Shown here: piece by piece, positions 1 to 10,900 of the stretch
How the letters are laid out: each line of letters starts with the position of its first letter
Position numbering within the stretch: the first letter of the stretch is position 1
Source: Patescibacteria group bacterium
GTDB lineage: Bacteria; Patescibacteriota; Patescibacteriia; UBA10025
Assembly: GCA_042570925.1 (NCBI GenBank)
Contig: JBHPFX010000001.1
Coordinates: 52,397 to 116,396 of the forward strand
Direction: 5' to 3'
DNA: 64,000 bases
The notes under the pieces: model-generated
The model's input: the letters and a program-made list of their open reading frames with translations, nothing else
Database searches by the model: none
What the model was told of the DNA's origin: nothing
Translations under genes and position numbers: made by a program

Positions 1-456
1 TTTATCTGCAAACTTTATTACTTGTGCCTCGAGACTATCTGCTTGCTGAATTGAATTAAGAAGGTCTTTGTAGTTATAGGGGCCAATGTTTTCCGGGAAG
101 CGTCTTGAGATTTCTTCAATTGCTTTCTTTTCCTGAAGGTCTAATTGGTCGAGCTGCTTGTTATCCATTTTCTTTTTTTGGCCAGCCTGGACATCTCCCA
201 TAACAATCTCAAAATCATCATGTATGCAGCCCATGATTTCAGCTTTAGCCTGATTAAAAGATTCTCCAAATACTTCTTTAATATGTGGCGCCATCGCTTT
301 CATAATCCAGACAAGGTGCTTTGAATGCGTCCAAAGACTTGACCGGTAAAACATTGTCGGATGAATGTGAAATCGCTTGATTTCCCGTAATGCCTGCTCT
401 CGGCCTTCGAAACGTTCAAAAAGTGAAAATATATTATGCCCTTGATTTATGCTCAT
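1..456 (-). CDS. HD-domain phosphohydrolase (YfbR/5'-deoxynucleotidase-like), runs off the window start
   Basis: Manual translation from ATG at 456: MSINQGHN...SSLWTHS...GCIHDDFEIVMGDV...EAQVIKFADK; H...HD..E...GD...D pattern. Not in ORF track because it is truncated. Confidence 0.75.
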   Translation of the reverse strand, partial: MSINQGHNIFSLFERFEGREQALREIKRFHIHPTMFYRSSLWTHSKHLVWIMKAMAPHIKEVFGESFNQAKAEIMGCIHDDFEIVMGDVQAGQKKKMDNKQLDQLDLQEKKAIEEISRRFPENIGPYNYKDLLNSIQQADSLEAQVIKFADK

Positions 457-485
457 AGTATAGCGGATTGTAGTACACAATTGGG

Positions 486-494
486 TTATCCACA
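486..494 (+). promoter_or_regulatory. Isolated perfect DnaA box
   Basis: TTATCCACA in the divergent intergenic region; single copy, function uncertain. Confidence 0.3.
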
Positions 495-542
495 AGTAAA
501 TGTAATCGGTACAACCGACACGATAAAACACAAGCATTACAA

Positions 543-564
543 TATTTAAGCAACTACTTGAATA
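543..564. promoter_or_regulatory. Putative ArsR/SmtB operator
   Basis: Imperfect inverted repeat TATTTAAG-caacta-CTTGAATA 20 bp upstream of the ArsR gene. Confidence 0.5.
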
Positions 565-584
565 CTAATTATTTATAAAAACTA

Positions 585-869
585 ATGAAAAAATATCCCA
601 AAAAGCCGAATCTTCTCAAAAAAGCACGATTATTGGAAATTGTCGGTGAACCCACACGTATCCGCATTCTCTGTATGATGCTCGAGAATTCAGAGGCATG
701 TGTCACAGATATTGCCGAATCACTTGGAATGAGTATCGCAAGCACTTCCCATCACTTACAGATAATGCGTGATAATGGATTGTTTACGACTGAACGGAGA
801 GGAAACAGTATTTACTACCGTATTGTAAAGAATGATTTTACACGGATTATTAAGAAGCTTATTTGCTAG
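585..869 (+). CDS. ArsR/SmtB family transcriptional regulator
   Basis: EPTRIRIL...EACVTDIAESLGMS...SHHLQIMR...ERRGNSIYY winged HTH. Confidence 0.92.
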   Translation: MKKYPKKPNLLKKARLLEIVGEPTRIRILCMMLENSEACVTDIAESLGMSIASTSHHLQIMRDNGLFTTERRGNSIYYRIVKNDFTRIIKKLIC

Positions 870-918
870 TTACATAGAAAGGTCGTTTACTAAGCTATTA
901 TTAACCTTAACTTAAAGT

Positions 919-1149
919 ATGAAAAAACCAAATGTAATAGATTGGATCTCGTTTATTCTCGTCATCGTTGGTGGTCTCAATTGGGGATTAGTTGGAGCAT
1001 TTGATATCGATCTTGTTGCAGAAATCTTTGGAACCGACTCAACCATTTCAACGATTGTCTACATTCTTGTTGGCGTTTCGGCAGTATATACCTTTGTCAG
1101 TATGTTTATGAAGATGAAAAGCCCACAGAAGCAGGAACAAACACAGTAA
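919..1149 (+). CDS. DUF378 family small membrane protein
   Basis: LVIVGGLNWGLVGAF...LVAEIFG...IVYILVGVSA signature. Confidence 0.9.
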   Translation: MKKPNVIDWISFILVIVGGLNWGLVGAFDIDLVAEIFGTDSTISTIVYILVGVSAVYTFVSMFMKMKSPQKQEQTQ

Positions 1150-1235
1150 TAGACGACATTAATTTAACAATCACCGGGCAGTGCGACAAGCTACTGCCTG
1201 TTGATTATTCTCAGTATTTAAGAGACAATGTACAC

Positions 1236-1808
1236 ATGAATTCAAAAATAATTTCACTCAAGGCCCTTATTGCGCTCATCATCGCAATAGGAATAATTGC
1301 ACTTCTGTGGTTTGTATTGAATCCAGAAAATACACAAAGTACCTCGGTGAATGGAGAAAATGCCGGCACCTCTGTCGGAGACAATGCTCCATTTTTTTCC
1401 GTAGAAACGACTACGGGAGACGTAACATCGCTTGCTGATTTTGCCAATGATAAAGTTTTAGTTATCACTTCAACCGCATCTTGGTGTCCGACCTGCAGAT
1501 TAGAAGCGAATAATTTATCTCCTGTCTATGAGCAATTCAGTGGCCAAGTTGATTTTTTATCAATGAGTATCGATCCCAGCGATAATCAAGAAAAATTAAC
1601 AACATTCCGAAGTGAGACCAATACGCCATGGATATATTCTGAACCAAATTTAGATGGCGCAAGCACGATGATTATCGACTATCAACTTACCAGGTTTGAG
1701 GTTACGTATATTATTGATAAAAACAGCGTCATTCGCTTCAAGGATACGGGAGTAACGGCAACTGACACACTTACTGAGGAGCTCGAGAAGGTGTTGGCTG
1801 AAACATAA
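1236..1808 (+). CDS. TlpA/ResA-like membrane-anchored thiol-disulfide oxidoreductase
   Basis: N-terminal TM, GDNAPFF, ASWCPTC, TYIIDKNSVIR. Confidence 0.88.
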   Translation: MNSKIISLKALIALIIAIGIIALLWFVLNPENTQSTSVNGENAGTSVGDNAPFFSVETTTGDVTSLADFANDKVLVITSTASWCPTCRLEANNLSPVYEQFSGQVDFLSMSIDPSDNQEKLTTFRSETNTPWIYSEPNLDGASTMIIDYQLTRFEVTYIIDKNSVIRFKDTGVTATDTLTEELEKVLAET

Positions 1809-1810
1809 GT

Positions 1811-2503
1811 ATGAATACGGCCGTCTTATCTCTGTCATTTCTCGCCGGAGTTGCCATCTTTTTTTCACCCTGCGGCATTGCATTGCTTCCAGCATACATT
1901 TCACATCTCCTGGCACAGGGGGATGAGCAGAGATCGATGAACGCTCGTTGGCGTCAGGGATTACAAATTGGACTCGTCGTCAGCCTTGGTATTATGACCG
2001 TATTCCTTGTCACGGGCGCTCTGGTAAGTCTCTTAGGAAATGTTATCGCTCCGTATGCTCCATGGATTGCGGGAGTGACAGGATTCATTTTAGTTATTCT
2101 TGGTGTTTTCATGCTTGCCGGGAAAATGCCAACATTTGAAATTCCTCATTCTTTCACAACAGAGCGAAAAGGGTTTCTTCGTTTTTTTCTCTATGGTGTC
2201 GGATACGCTCTTGGCGGCATTAGCTGTACGCTTCCTGCTTTTCTTCTTGTTGTTTTTACATCACTTGGGAGTAAAAGTTTTATGGGTGGATTGGTAAATT
2301 TTCTCTTTTTTACGTTTGGCACAGTTTTACTCATGGTTGCTGTTACGGTACTTACCGCAGTTTCAAAGCAGCTCGTTATCCGTTGGCTCAATAAATCAAA
2401 AAAACTCATTTTTCGTTTTAGTGCTGTGGTAATTATCGGAGCCGGGATATACCTCGTCTACTTTCAGATTCGTGCGTTTGATCCATTTGGTTTTTGGTCA
2501 TGA
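1811..2503 (+). CDS. ccdA: CcdA/DsbD transmembrane electron transporter
   Basis: FFSPCGIALLPAY and ISCTLP cysteines, about 6 TM helices. Confidence 0.88.
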   Translation: MNTAVLSLSFLAGVAIFFSPCGIALLPAYISHLLAQGDEQRSMNARWRQGLQIGLVVSLGIMTVFLVTGALVSLLGNVIAPYAPWIAGVTGFILVILGVFMLAGKMPTFEIPHSFTTERKGFLRFFLYGVGYALGGISCTLPAFLLVVFTSLGSKSFMGGLVNFLFFTFGTVLLMVAVTVLTAVSKQLVIRWLNKSKKLIFRFSAVVIIGAGIYLVYFQIRAFDPFGFWS

Positions 2504-3345
2504 ATAAATTTATCTATCCATTGTTATTAGTAATTGTCGTTGGTGCTTTAGCGTTTGTTTTTATTTTTAACAAAGACGTGGAGCCGTCTTCTATAAATGC
2601 GCCTGTTTCTGCAGTTCATATTGATGCATGGAATGTAACTCCAAAAGGCGGAGTAAATCTCGGCGGGTACGGCAGTTTTGATCCGGACGGAGGTGACATC
2701 GTATCGTATGAATGGAAGATTATCAACACTCCACCAGCCCAAACATCTCGTAAAGGGGAAATTGTGTATTCCGGAAGCACATTTCCGGAAGTGAATATCC
2801 CCATGACCAACCAAGATGTAGGAACATGGACTTTTGAATTCACTCTAATAGACGGTGACGGGGAGAAAAACCAACAGAAGGTACAAGTGTTTGTAAGGGA
2901 AGAAATTTCTGCTTTAACGTCGGTTTCATTATCACAAGCTTCAGATGCCGTCGATATTGTCGATTCCGAGATTATCGCCGGCCTTATTGTAAATAACGAA
3001 GCTGCTGCATTTCCACGAAGTGTAATGGATGAACATGCAATCGCTAATATCGTAGTAGGTGGAGAGCCCGTGGTTCTGGTGTTATGTGAATTTTGCCAGA
3101 CGGGAGTTGCGTATTATCGTGTTGTCGAACAGCAGCAACTTACTTTTAATGGTTTTGGCGGGACGCTTATTGAAGATAATTATCAGGCACAAGATGCAGA
3201 AACCTTATCCACGTGGTCAATCGTATCCGGTGAAGCCGTCGAGGGGCAGCTTACTGGCACGAAATTATCATCTTTTTCCGTCAATATGATGACGTGGGAA
3301 GAGTGGCGAACTCTTCACCCCGAATCACTTATATTACTGAAATAA
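2500..3345 (+). CDS. Secreted PKD-like + DUF3179 domain protein
   Basis: SFDPDGGDIVSYEW (PKD-like); HAIANIVVGGEPVVLVLCEFCQTG...TWEEWRTLHPESLIL (DUF3179); ATGA overlap with ccdA. Confidence 0.75.
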   Translation: MNKFIYPLLLVIVVGALAFVFIFNKDVEPSSINAPVSAVHIDAWNVTPKGGVNLGGYGSFDPDGGDIVSYEWKIINTPPAQTSRKGEIVYSGSTFPEVNIPMTNQDVGTWTFEFTLIDGDGEKNQQKVQVFVREEISALTSVSLSQASDAVDIVDSEIIAGLIVNNEAAAFPRSVMDEHAIANIVVGGEPVVLVLCEFCQTGVAYYRVVEQQQLTFNGFGGTLIEDNYQAQDAETLSTWSIVSGEAVEGQLTGTKLSSFSVNMMTWEEWRTLHPESLILLK

Positions 3346-3403
3346 ATTTGCAGGGCGGCTCATTGTCATCAATGACATTTTGCCGTATACTGATCATTCA
3401 ACT

Positions 3404-4384
3404 ATGAATAGTATTATCGAAGTAAAAAATCTATCAAAGAGCTTTGGTGACATCAAAGCAGTCAATGATGTTTCATTTTCCGTACATCAGGGGGAGGTCT
3501 TTGGATTTCTTGGTCCAAATGGCGCAGGCAAGACAACGACCATTAACATGCTCATTACACTGTTAAAACCGACAGGCGGGAATGCGCAGGTCAATGGCTT
3601 TGATTCGCAAAAAGATCAAGATAAAGTTCGTGCGTCTATCGGGGTAATTTTTCAAGACCCATCACTTGATGATAAATTAACTGCAAGAGAAAATTTAAAA
3701 TTTCATTCACTTCTCTATAATCTTTCTGGAGAAAAAATGAACCAGCGCATCGCAGAAATGCTTGAAATGGTTGATCTGCAAAAACGAAAAGGTGATTTGG
3801 TAGAGACGTTTTCTGGTGGGATGAAAAGACGACTGGAGATTGCACGGGGCCTTCTACACCATCCAAAGGTTTTGTTTTTAGACGAACCAACCATTGGATT
3901 GGATCCTCAAACACGTGCTCATATTTGGGATTACATTCTAAATCTCCGCAAAAGAGAGGATATAACGATGTTTATGACTACCCATTACATGGATGAGGCG
4001 GAACACTGTGATCGCATCGCCATAATGGATCGCGGAAAAATCATTGCTCTTGATACACCGGCAAATCTTAAAAAGGCCGTCGGTGGAGATGTTATTACGC
4101 TCAAGACGGACAACAATACTGCCGCGGAAAAAGATATTGAAGAAAAATTTAATCTGGATGTCCAGATAAAAGACGGCGAATTAGTTTTTACAAAAGAAAA
4201 AGGAGATGAGTTCATCCCGGAATTGTTCAAACGAATATCGGTGGGAGTGCAGAGTATTAGCGTTCATAAACCCACGCTCAACGACGTATTTCTCAAGCTT
4301 ACTGGCCGTGAGATTCGCGACGAAGGTGCTTCGAATCTCGATAAGGCAAGAAAGCAATTTAGAATGAGGGGAGGGGGGCACTAA
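3404..4384 (+). CDS. ABC-2 exporter ATP-binding subunit (DrrA-like)
   Basis: GPNGAGKTT, FSGGMKRRLEIA, LFLDEPT. Confidence 0.95.
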   Translation: MNSIIEVKNLSKSFGDIKAVNDVSFSVHQGEVFGFLGPNGAGKTTTINMLITLLKPTGGNAQVNGFDSQKDQDKVRASIGVIFQDPSLDDKLTARENLKFHSLLYNLSGEKMNQRIAEMLEMVDLQKRKGDLVETFSGGMKRRLEIARGLLHHPKVLFLDEPTIGLDPQTRAHIWDYILNLRKREDITMFMTTHYMDEAEHCDRIAIMDRGKIIALDTPANLKKAVGGDVITLKTDNNTAAEKDIEEKFNLDVQIKDGELVFTKEKGDEFIPELFKRISVGVQSISVHKPTLNDVFLKLTGREIRDEGASNLDKARKQFRMRGGGH

Positions 4385-4385
4385 T

Positions 4386-5198
4386 ATGTTCACCAAGCTG
4401 GCTAAAGAAACATACGTTATTTGGCTGAGGGAGATTATCCGTTACTGGCGGGTAAAAACCCGGCTTGTTGGTTCGCTCGCAATGCCCTTACTCTGGCTGG
4501 TTCTATTCGGTTCGGGAATGAAATCCACGCTTTCGCTCGGAGGCGGTGCGGACTTTGATTTCATTCAATTTCTTTTTCCCGGAGTTATTGGCATGACTAT
4601 TTTGTTTAACTCGATCTTTTCAGTCATGTCGATCGTTCTTGACCGCCAGTTCGGATTTTTAAAAGAAGTATTAGCGGCGCCGGTTTCTCGTGTCTCCATT
4701 GCGTTTGGCAAGATTTTAGGCGGATCAACTATTTCAATGATTCAGGGGACTGTGATGCTGCTTCTGGCTCCGTTGCTCGGTATTAAGCTGTCTATTGGCA
4801 TGATTCTTGCGCTATTGCCGATGATGTTTTTTGCCGCATTTGCGCTTACATCAATCGGCTTGGTAGTAGCTGCACGCATGAAATCAACGGAAGGATTCCA
4901 AATGGTGATGAACTTCATTATGATGCCGATGTTTTTCCTGTCCGGAGCAGTGTTTCCTCTGACGAATCTGCCGGGGTGGATGGACGTGCTGGCAAAGATT
5001 AATCCTGCTTCATACGCGATAGATCTTATTCGACAGGTTGCATTTCGGTTCATGGATACGCCGGCATTTGTTTTAGACAATCTAAGCTTGGAGTTATTTG
5101 GACAAAAAGTCAGCATTCTTACGGATGTTGGAATCGTAGTCGTTTTTGGGATTATTATGATGTCTATTGGCGTCGTACTTTTTCGTAAAAGCGATTAA
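4386..5198 (+). CDS. ABC-2 exporter permease (DrrB-like)
   Basis: FLFPGVIGM, DRQFGFLKEVLAAP, FFLSGAVFP, INPASYA. Confidence 0.93.
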   Translation: MFTKLAKETYVIWLREIIRYWRVKTRLVGSLAMPLLWLVLFGSGMKSTLSLGGGADFDFIQFLFPGVIGMTILFNSIFSVMSIVLDRQFGFLKEVLAAPVSRVSIAFGKILGGSTISMIQGTVMLLLAPLLGIKLSIGMILALLPMMFFAAFALTSIGLVVAARMKSTEGFQMVMNFIMMPMFFLSGAVFPLTNLPGWMDVLAKINPASYAIDLIRQVAFRFMDTPAFVLDNLSLELFGQKVSILTDVGIVVVFGIIMMSIGVVLFRKSD

Positions 5199-5292
5199 GT
5201 ACTTAGTTAAACTGGAGTGTAATCTTGATCACTTTGCTCTTTCTGTTACTTTGGTATGATTGATATGCATAATAATTAAAGCATGTAAACAT

Positions 5293-5901
5293 ATGTCAGA
5301 ATATACAACACCACCGTTGTCCTACTCCTACGACGCATTGGAGCCGTATATCGATAAGGAGACAATGCAGATTCACCATGATAAGCATCATGCCGCATAT
5401 ACAAAGAAATTGAATGCAGCATTGGTTGGTCATGAGAAGCTGTTTGATAAAACTGCCGAAGAGCTGTTAATGGACTTGAGTGCCATTCCTGAAGAAATAC
5501 GAACAGCCGTTCAAAACAACGGGGGTGGGCACGTAAATCATTCGCTGTTTTGGGATATCATGGGTCCTGACGCTGGCGGAAAACCCGAGGGCGAATTGCT
5601 CGGTGCAATCGAGAAAGCTTTCGGAGACTTTGAAAAGTTTACTAAACTGTTTGAAGAAGCCGCTACAACGCAATTTGGATCCGGATGGGCATGGCTGTCT
5701 GTTGATAATGGAAAGTTGGTTATCGAAAAAACATCGAATCAGGACACACCGTTATCTGAAGGTCGTACACCAATTCTTGCATTAGATGTTTGGGAGCATG
5801 CATATTATCTTAAGTATCAGAATCTTCGCCCAGATTACATTAAGGCATTCTGGAATGTTGTGAACTGGAAGAATGTGGCGAAACGTTTCAACGAAAAATA
5901 G
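5293..5901 (+). CDS. sodA: Mn/Fe superoxide dismutase
   Basis: [30 protein letters not shown]. Confidence 0.95.
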   Translation: MSEYTTPPLSYSYDALEPYIDKETMQIHHDKHHAAYTKKLNAALVGHEKLFDKTAEELLMDLSAIPEEIRTAVQNNGGGHVNHSLFWDIMGPDAGGKPEGELLGAIEKAFGDFEKFTKLFEEAATTQFGSGWAWLSVDNGKLVIEKTSNQDTPLSEGRTPILALDVWEHAYYLKYQNLRPDYIKAFWNVVNWKNVAKRFNEK

Positions 5902-5911
5902 CTCTATGATG

Positions 5912-5943
5912 AAAAAGCGCCCGCCAATATGGCGGGCGCTTTT
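5912..5943. terminator. Bidirectional intrinsic terminator
   Basis: AAAAAGCGCCCGCCA-ata-TGGCGGGCGCTTTT between convergent genes. Confidence 0.9.
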
Positions 5944-5958
5944 CTGTTACAAATATTT

Positions 5959-6753
5959 TTACGGAAGTACAGGCGTAAAGAAATCTGCCGGATCTAGATT
6001 TTCATTTTCAAGCCATGTAATTACCCAATCAACTCCAACTGCATAATTATTTTCTCCGTATTTCCCCCCTTCATCCCAAACTGGTGTTCCGATAAACTCA
6101 CCGGCGCTGTTAAATATCGCTCCTCCCGAGGTTCCTTCATCAATAACAACGGGGAGTTCTAAGAGGCTTCCCGAAGGTCCAGTAAAAGTAGAGTCAGTCA
6201 CAGCCAGCGGAGTATTCTCATACGTGGGAAATCCGGCAATAGAAAGTGCGTCATTTGCCATTAAGGTGCCTGAGGTACCTACCTTGCTGATTGTGGGGAA
6301 TGTTGTAGGAAGTAATGTATCAGCGTCAACGATTTGCAGAATCGCTACATCAAGGCTTGAATTGGATAGGTATACCTCTTCGCCGAATTGATCTATCGCA
6401 GTGACAACCTCAGCATAGTAGGTGAGTTCAGGGAATTCTGAAACATTATCAATTATACCCACGTTACAATAGAATTCATTCGTTTCATTGACTATATGGT
6501 CATTTGTAAGAAAATACCCATCAGTGTGTATGAGCGCCCCAGAGCCAAAATATACCCATTCATCATCGTCATCCAGCGGACATTCTACATATACAATCGC
6601 ATTTGCGTCGTTGCCGATCGATGATGTAGTTGTGCTAGTGGAGGATGTATTCGTTGAAACATCGGTATCTTCGGAAGTGTTATAAAATGCGAAATACCAG
6701 ACCGCTACCGCGGCGATGATTACGATAAATATAATTATTCCCGGCTTGTTCAT
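5959..6753 (-). CDS. Membrane-anchored trypsin-like serine protease
   Basis: GSGALI, LTNDHIV, DVAIL, GTSGG catalytic triad. Confidence 0.85.
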   Translation of the reverse strand: MNKPGIIIFIVIIAAVAVWYFAFYNTSEDTDVSTNTSSTSTTTSSIGNDANAIVYVECPLDDDDEWVYFGSGALIHTDGYFLTNDHIVNETNEFYCNVGIIDNVSEFPELTYYAEVVTAIDQFGEEVYLSNSSLDVAILQIVDADTLLPTTFPTISKVGTSGTLMANDALSIAGFPTYENTPLAVTDSTFTGPSGSLLELPVVIDEGTSGGAIFNSAGEFIGTPVWDEGGKYGENNYAVGVDWVITWLENENLDPADFFTPVLP

Positions 6754-6902
6754 AGTATTAAGGGTTAAATATTTAGTAATTTGCGTCTAAATATAGTATA
6801 TCAACGAACAGCAACGGATTCAAATGATGCCCCAAAATCACCATTTACGATACGCACGATTACTGGCATACTGTTAGTATAATCATTCAAATATGTAATC
6901 AT

Positions 6903-9311
6903 ATGGATGCAGCAAGAAATGCCCAATTAGATAAGTTTATTAAGGAAAGAAAAAAACTTGGCTATAGTAATAAGAGGATCGTTGAAGAGTTGAGTTCGGC
7001 AGGATGGAAAAGGGACGAAATCAAGGAACATATTTCTGATATCGAATATCGTCCATCAGGGCCTTCTTCGAAGATTGCGCCAAATTATTCTGTTGTTACT
7101 ACCTACATTCTTGTTATTCTGATGCTTATTGCAGGTGTTGGGGGAGTATGGTGGGTGGTTCAAGATGTAGCCGGTTTTCCATGGGGAAACAGCAATACAA
7201 ACAGCTCGGGATATACATCTCCGCTTTTTTCGACGCTTTCAGAACAACTGGCAGCACAGTCTTCACTTAAGAAATTTAACAACTACGAAGAAATTAACGA
7301 CTACTTGGAACGGACCGTAGGCCTTGATTATTACGATTCGTATTCGGGATTTGAAATGCAGCGATCAATATCAGTAGATGAAATGGCTCTTCCAATGGCC
7401 GAATTTGATTTGGGGGTCTCGGATCTTAGTTATGGGGGAGTGACTGATTATTCAACAACCAATATTCAGGTCGAAGGAGTAGATGAAGCAGATATCATTA
7501 AAACAGATGGGGAGAATGTGTATGTAGTTTCCAAAGAGAATGTATTTATCATTGATGCATATCCAGCTGGTAATGCAAAAATATTATCAACTATAGCGCT
7601 TCAATCAACCCCGCAGGATATTTACATCAACGGCGATTTTCTGGTGATATATGGGCATGATGATGATATTTACTCACGGCCAGTATTCGACGACTTACCC
7701 CATACAAGTACCAATTACACGTATCTTAAGGTATTTAACATCAAAGATCGCAGCAACCCTAAACAAGTACGAGATCTAGATTTCGAGGGTACATTTGCCA
7801 ACTCACGGATGATTGGGGACTATGTGTATTTTGTCACTTCACAGTATGCATATGTCTATGATGACGCCCCTCTTCCTTTGACGATTGAGGATGACGAATT
7901 GTTACCGACTGATCCCGGTGTTTCTGGCTGTCTATGTCCCGACGTATACTATATTGATGTCCCGTATTATGATTACTCGTTCACCACGGTCACAGCGATC
8001 AATATCCGTGACAACGACGAGGATATCTCCAGCGAAGTCTATCTTCTGGATAACAGTGAAAACATGTATGTCTCGCAGGAAAATATTTACCTCGTATACA
8101 CGAAATACGTAAGTGATATTCAGTTGTCGTTTGAAGTGATGAAAGAAATGGTATTTAGTGATTTAAGCGCTAAGAACCAGCAGCGTATCATTGACATCGA
8201 GGCTGCACCTTCTCATGTTCTTTCGGAAGGAGAAAAGATTTCAAAAGTATACTCGATCGTTTCGCGCTATATAGAGTCGCTTTCTTCTGATGAGCAGGAT
8301 GAGTTTCAAGAATCGCTCGAAGATAGAATGATGAAGAAGTACGACGATATTTCGAAAGAGCTGGAAAAAACTGTTATCCATAAAATTTCCATTGACAAAG
8401 GTGATCTGGAGTATGAGGGAAGCGGAGAAGTTACCGGTCATGTTCTTAATCAATTCTCTATGGATGAGCGAGACGGATATTTCAGAATTGCCACTACAAA
8501 AGGCCGGACGTGGTCCAGTTTTTCTTTCGGTGGCTCATCTACGGAATCATACAGCAACGTGTATGTACTCGATGGTGATTTAGATGTTGTCGGGAAAGTT
8601 GAAAATCTTGCCAAAGATGAAGAAATCTATTCAGCACGGTTTATGCAGGGACGGGTGTACCTGGTTACCTTTAGACAGACTGATCCGCTTTTTGCGATTG
8701 ATCTGACGAATCCAAAAAATCCTAAAGTACTTGGAGAGCTGAAAGTACCCGGTTTTTCATCGTACCTCCATCCGTATGATGACAACTATCTTATCGGAAT
8801 GGGGAAGCAGGCCGATGATAATGGAATTATTACCAGTTTGAAGGTGTCGCTTTTTGATGTTTCTGATGTAGAGAATATGAAAGAAGTTGATACGTATGAA
8901 ATGGGCGGTCGATGGAGCGATTCTCTTGCACTGGATGATCATAAGGCATTTCTTTTCTCAAAGAATAAAAACCTGTTAGTAATCCCGGTGACTCTTCGAA
9001 AAGAGACAGCAACGAACAGTTATGGTGACGTGGAGACAAACGGCGCGATGGTATTTACCATTACGAAGGACGGATTTGAACTAAAAGGCCGTATAGATCA
9101 CTCTGATGGTAGCTCTGATGACAACCTTCTTGATTATGATTCTTATTACAGTTATTACGAGACTTCCGTGAAAAGAAGTATGTACATAGAGGACGTATTG
9201 TACACACTCTCAAATAAGTATCTTATGATGAATGCGCTGGGTGATCTCGAGGAAATAAAAACGATTACGCTGACGCCGGGTGAGGGGGACGACTTTACGA
9301 TTATTCGCTAA
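6903..9311 (+). CDS. Secreted beta-propeller domain protein (Beta_propel family)
   Basis: DYSTTNIQVEGVDEADIIKTDG, LNQFSMDE, FRIATT, VTFRQTDPLF, GELKVPGFSSYLHP. Confidence 0.9.
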   Translation: MDAARNAQLDKFIKERKKLGYSNKRIVEELSSAGWKRDEIKEHISDIEYRPSGPSSKIAPNYSVVTTYILVILMLIAGVGGVWWVVQDVAGFPWGNSNTNSSGYTSPLFSTLSEQLAAQSSLKKFNNYEEINDYLERTVGLDYYDSYSGFEMQRSISVDEMALPMAEFDLGVSDLSYGGVTDYSTTNIQVEGVDEADIIKTDGENVYVVSKENVFIIDAYPAGNAKILSTIALQSTPQDIYINGDFLVIYGHDDDIYSRPVFDDLPHTSTNYTYLKVFNIKDRSNPKQVRDLDFEGTFANSRMIGDYVYFVTSQYAYVYDDAPLPLTIEDDELLPTDPGVSGCLCPDVYYIDVPYYDYSFTTVTAINIRDNDEDISSEVYLLDNSENMYVSQENIYLVYTKYVSDIQLSFEVMKEMVFSDLSAKNQQRIIDIEAAPSHVLSEGEKISKVYSIVSRYIESLSSDEQDEFQESLEDRMMKKYDDISKELEKTVIHKISIDKGDLEYEGSGEVTGHVLNQFSMDERDGYFRIATTKGRTWSSFSFGGSSTESYSNVYVLDGDLDVVGKVENLAKDEEIYSARFMQGRVYLVTFRQTDPLFAIDLTNPKNPKVLGELKVPGFSSYLHPYDDNYLIGMGKQADDNGIITSLKVSLFDVSDVENMKEVDTYEMGGRWSDSLALDDHKAFLFSKNKNLLVIPVTLRKETATNSYGDVETNGAMVFTITKDGFELKGRIDHSDGSSDDNLLDYDSYYSYYETSVKRSMYIEDVLYTLSNKYLMMNALGDLEEIKTITLTPGEGDDFTIIR

Positions 9312-9318
9312 TAGCTGA

Positions 9319-9780
9319 ATGGGGAATCAAGCTAAGAAGCTATATCGATCACGTACTAACAGAGTAATTTCAGGAGTTTGTGGCGGATTAGCGGAATATT
9401 ACGACATCGATGTTACGATTATTCGGGTAGTGTTCGTTATATTTTCTTTTGTCCAGGGTTTTGGCATTCTTGCATATATCATTCTTCTTCTTGTTGTCCC
9501 TGAAACAGAAGGATCGAAAATCCCGTACGATACTGAAGAGCGATTTAAGGGATTCGTGAAAGATATTGGAAAGAAAATGGAGTCAATCACTAAGGAACTG
9601 CCAGGCGAGAAACCCTGGATACGTGAACCGAGAAATATTTTTGCTTTGGCAATTATTTTTATAGGACTGGTTGCGCTGGCAAGTTCCTTCTTTCACATCT
9701 ACTGGCTGCAGTGGCATCTCTTCTGGCCGGTAGCATTAATCATTTTAGGGATTATTTTTATCATTAAAATGCGTCAATAA
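9319..9780 (+). CDS. PspC domain protein with C-terminal LiaF/DUF5668-like TM helices
   Basis: KLYRSRTNRVISGVCGGLAEYY; FWPVALIILG. Confidence 0.9.
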   Translation: MGNQAKKLYRSRTNRVISGVCGGLAEYYDIDVTIIRVVFVIFSFVQGFGILAYIILLLVVPETEGSKIPYDTEERFKGFVKDIGKKMESITKELPGEKPWIREPRNIFALAIIFIGLVALASSFFHIYWLQWHLFWPVALIILGIIFIIKMRQ

Positions 9781-9784
9781 TAAT

Positions 9785-10810
9785 ATGGAGCAAACATCTT
9801 TTACTCCTTCTGACAAGGACAAGGAGCAAGCACATAAGGAGGGTGAACAAGAAACAAAACAGGAGACCACCAAAGAAACTCAGAAAGAAATCCACCATCA
9901 TCACTATGGAAAAGGCAAGGGCTTTAACTTAGGGAGCATGTTTCTGGGTTTAGTATTGCTTATTGTAGGTGTCATTTATCTTCTTAGTAACACGGGAGTG
10001 TTAAATGTTGATATCGACTTTGATTTCAGCGTGCTTTGGCCACTCATCATCGTCTTTATCGGACTTGCTATTTTGACAGGGAGAGGATGGCTCTCGGGGA
10101 TTATTGGTGCGGTAGTGATAGTTGGCGTATTATTTCTCATTGTTGCCATGGTTACCGGCTGGATCGATACACCAACGCGTGAAGTTACTACCGACACCAT
10201 CAGCATAGAAGAAGAAGCTGACATAGAATCAGCAAGCTTGAGTATAGCTACTGGTGCGGGTAATTTGACCGTTGCCGGTGGATCCGAAAAACTTATAAGC
10301 GGCAAGCTGGAAGCCAACTTTCTTGAGCTCACCACTTCGTCAAAAGTTGTAGACAGCGTTCAAAAAGTAAAACTTGAAATGGAGGATATCCGGCCGAGCT
10401 TCTTTGGGAAGAAAGTAAATAACCTCGATGTGTTATTAGATTCAAAAACTCCAGTCGAGCTTGATATCGATACCGGAGCGATGGACATGGATTTTGATTT
10501 CACTGAAGTGATGCTTACCACTCTCGATGTAGATACCGGTGCATCTGATTTACATATCATCATGGGTGATTTACTGGACGAAAGCACGATTGCTGTAGAC
10601 GCGGGAGCCAGTTCAATAAACATAACGTTGCCGAAAACAGTGGGGGCAATGATCGACATTGATGCCGGAGTTACTTCGAAGAATTTTACTGATTTTGATA
10701 AGATTGATGACCAGACATACAAATCAGAAAACTACGATGATACTGAAAAGAAGGTTAATATTGAATTGAATCTCGGTGCGGCAGATGTAGATGTAGTCTG
10801 GGCTGAATAA
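9785..10810 (+). CDS. LiaF/DUF5668 TM + toast-rack beta-solenoid protein
   Basis: LWPLIIVFIG TM region; repeated xDTGAx / DAGAS solenoid strands. Confidence 0.75.
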   Translation: MEQTSFTPSDKDKEQAHKEGEQETKQETTKETQKEIHHHHYGKGKGFNLGSMFLGLVLLIVGVIYLLSNTGVLNVDIDFDFSVLWPLIIVFIGLAILTGRGWLSGIIGAVVIVGVLFLIVAMVTGWIDTPTREVTTDTISIEEEADIESASLSIATGAGNLTVAGGSEKLISGKLEANFLELTTSSKVVDSVQKVKLEMEDIRPSFFGKKVNNLDVLLDSKTPVELDIDTGAMDMDFDFTEVMLTTLDVDTGASDLHIIMGDLLDESTIAVDAGASSINITLPKTVGAMIDIDAGVTSKNFTDFDKIDDQTYKSENYDDTEKKVNIELNLGAADVDVVWAE

Positions 10811-10826
10811 GAATAATTAGTAATAG

Positions 10827-10855
10827 AAAACCGCCCGCTCAATGCGGGCGGTTTT
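10827..10855 (+). terminator. Intrinsic terminator
   Basis: AAAACCGCCCGC-tcaat-GCGGGCGGTTTT. Confidence 0.88.
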
Positions 10856-10900
10856 ATACTTTGCACTACTCATTAAGGAAGATGTTTCTCTTTTCGGTAC